Assembly (NCBI GenBank): GCA_963707915.1
Contig: OY970178.1
Location: forward strand, 416,001 to 480,000
Reading direction: 5' to 3'
Source of the DNA: Candidatus Eiseniibacteriota bacterium
GTDB lineage: Bacteria > Eisenbacteria > RBG-16-71-46
DNA length: 64,000 bases
Every line of letters starts with the position of its first letter. The stretch's first letter is position 1. Under the pieces are notes generated by a model. It did not search any database. It was not told the origin of the DNA and worked only from the letters and a program-made list of their open reading frames with translations. A program made the position numbers and the translations under genes. Positions 63,701 to 64,000 of the stretch are shown here, piece by piece.

Positions 63701-64000
63701 GTCGCGGCCGACCTGGATCGCGACGGCTCGCTCGACCTGGTGGCGCCGGACCGGCTCGGCCGGCTCTTCGGCTACTCGCTGCCGGTCGCGGCCGGCGACC
63801 CGGTGGCGACGTCGTGGACGATGATGGGCGGCGACGCGGGACGCAGCTCGGCGCTCGGCGCGCTGGCCACCCCGCTGGTCCCGCTGCCCTCGTCGGGGCC
63901 GCTGGTGCGCGGCTCGCTCAAGGTGTTCCCGAACCCCGCACGGCGGCAGCCGGTCAGCTTCGCCTACCGGCTCACGGAGCCCGCGGACGTGGAGTTCCGC
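60709..64000 (+). CDS. M6 (immune inhibitor A-like) metalloprotease with FG-GAP repeats and T9SS-type tail; +1 frameshift near 62098-62101; 3' end runs off the window
   Basis: Signal peptide, IHAG, AHEGGHNLLGLADLY, WSLMDSG, LLENR; after the shift GILVWHIDE, GDPDGDG and KVFPNP at the window end. Not in the ORF track. Confidence 0.8.
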   Translation, partial: MRGAFLPVLLSLVLLHSAAPSAQAAGALTVRRVAGPEEVARLRRLGLPAPAEARPAEMRIQAELERRWRATRDVLTAPGVDWSLRGQRRASWRPDGRPARDPRAAAARAVGVVADAPPETLRVAFIRIDFLADRGGAASTGDGRFDLSPLDTSASAIPIDPPPHNRAFFQAHFEALRRYYAATSYGRVVLVGEVWPRDPNAAYSLSDMADYGPWTFGQEIYGAAVRMFRDMFFAADSQSVARGDAIPWRDYDRFFLIHAGSDLQSDVLQDSKEDIPSFTIGVDGADRVVFRDTTVIGETTVIDSTVIDRATIVPELAAQDGYYGAINGVIAHEGGHNLLGLADLYNVDTGYPVVGFWSLMDSGNLLGSQVTLRDGTVIYATGLLPPSVDPWQRAFTTDVLAFPEADYAADTIALANSERHPDVQRVTLSSDEYLLLENRYLAPADTVRLDQDSTSRVILGPLRPGPDGVRRAPARQRDPGVAHRRERDPLHDLAARQPGIRLQHQSRSPGDLGPRERRAPGPGRPGLALLPRRALRPVVPQLQPDALGHDLPEPDPAHRDAAARAPGLLRRSGLGDALRRPAFVGAAGLAGGRGLPARRARPARGGRGRRPGSRGLLGGRARFARRPDARQPGLDHAGGEPRPRRALRGAPRRGRARRLVRVRAPRRRAAARTGRAPDRRGGPARRRPRLVRGLDLRGGRRHQQPGRARAAARPPRPGAARMAAGPVVGRDHAAGHRRCLPGRGGLRRLRRRHRLRPRPRRRGRRLLPRHRPGERPGHGPARGGARAGSGGRVAGRGGHPRRLDRHRSCAPRDQRPRRGARAVGGPRRRGTRARLPLEPVRRCAASRLGRRGCAGRGGGVRRRRVRARRPPRRPPVGLLPGRHAAGRLGTLLRRHAGGRAGSGRSGRRRPAGGAHAERPLRARVREPGRLSLAGVAEARHHRGPAHRQPAAGARRGRRRPQRDRRHERERHRGGAAGRRQGPRGLAAGQRQRRDRLAGRGRPGSRRLARPGGAGPARPALRLLAAGRGRRPGGDVVDDDGRRRGTQLGARRAGHPAGPAALVGAAGARLAQGVPEPRTAAAGQLRLPAHGARGRGVP

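Overview
High-GC bacterial chromosome segment. Gene content (many secreted proteins with FlgD-Ig/T9SS-type C-terminal domains, porU/porV homologues, 'WGRIKxLYR' tails) suggests an FCB-superphylum organism such as Ca. Eisenbacteria; this is inference. Left (1-18.8 kb): extradiol dioxygenase, M16 protease, fused delta-alpha/beta-gamma 2-oxoacid:ferredoxin oxidoreductase, secreted S8 protease and nuclease, nucleotidyltransferase, DMT transporter, an intact IS481, a wbpB-like gene, a DUF4395 protein and a serine hydrolase. Middle (18.85-41.7 kb): an accessory region downstream of a minus-strand tRNA-Glu(TTC). Two copies of the tRNA 3' end (18853 and 29966) divide it into two ~11-kb tandem islands. 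Island A holds a 14-repeat FG-GAP protein, an IS1182 remnant, an exported TPR-CHAT protease/ECF sigma/anti-sigma trio and a papain-fold protein with Asp in place of the catalytic Cys. Island B holds secreted propeller proteins and small exported proteins that share leader and tail modules, plus DUF4145 and membrane cargo genes, three IS3 elements and a truncated tyrosine integrase. Right (41.8-64 kb): ExeA-SPOR, pyrE, S8 protease, a lipoprotein with a sigma54-type promoter, M23 peptidase, dnaE, accA, trm112-like, porU-like C25, porV-like and an M6 metalloprotease. Two genes carry single-base frameshifts that may be assembly errors. All calls come from motif recognition by eye; no database searches were run.
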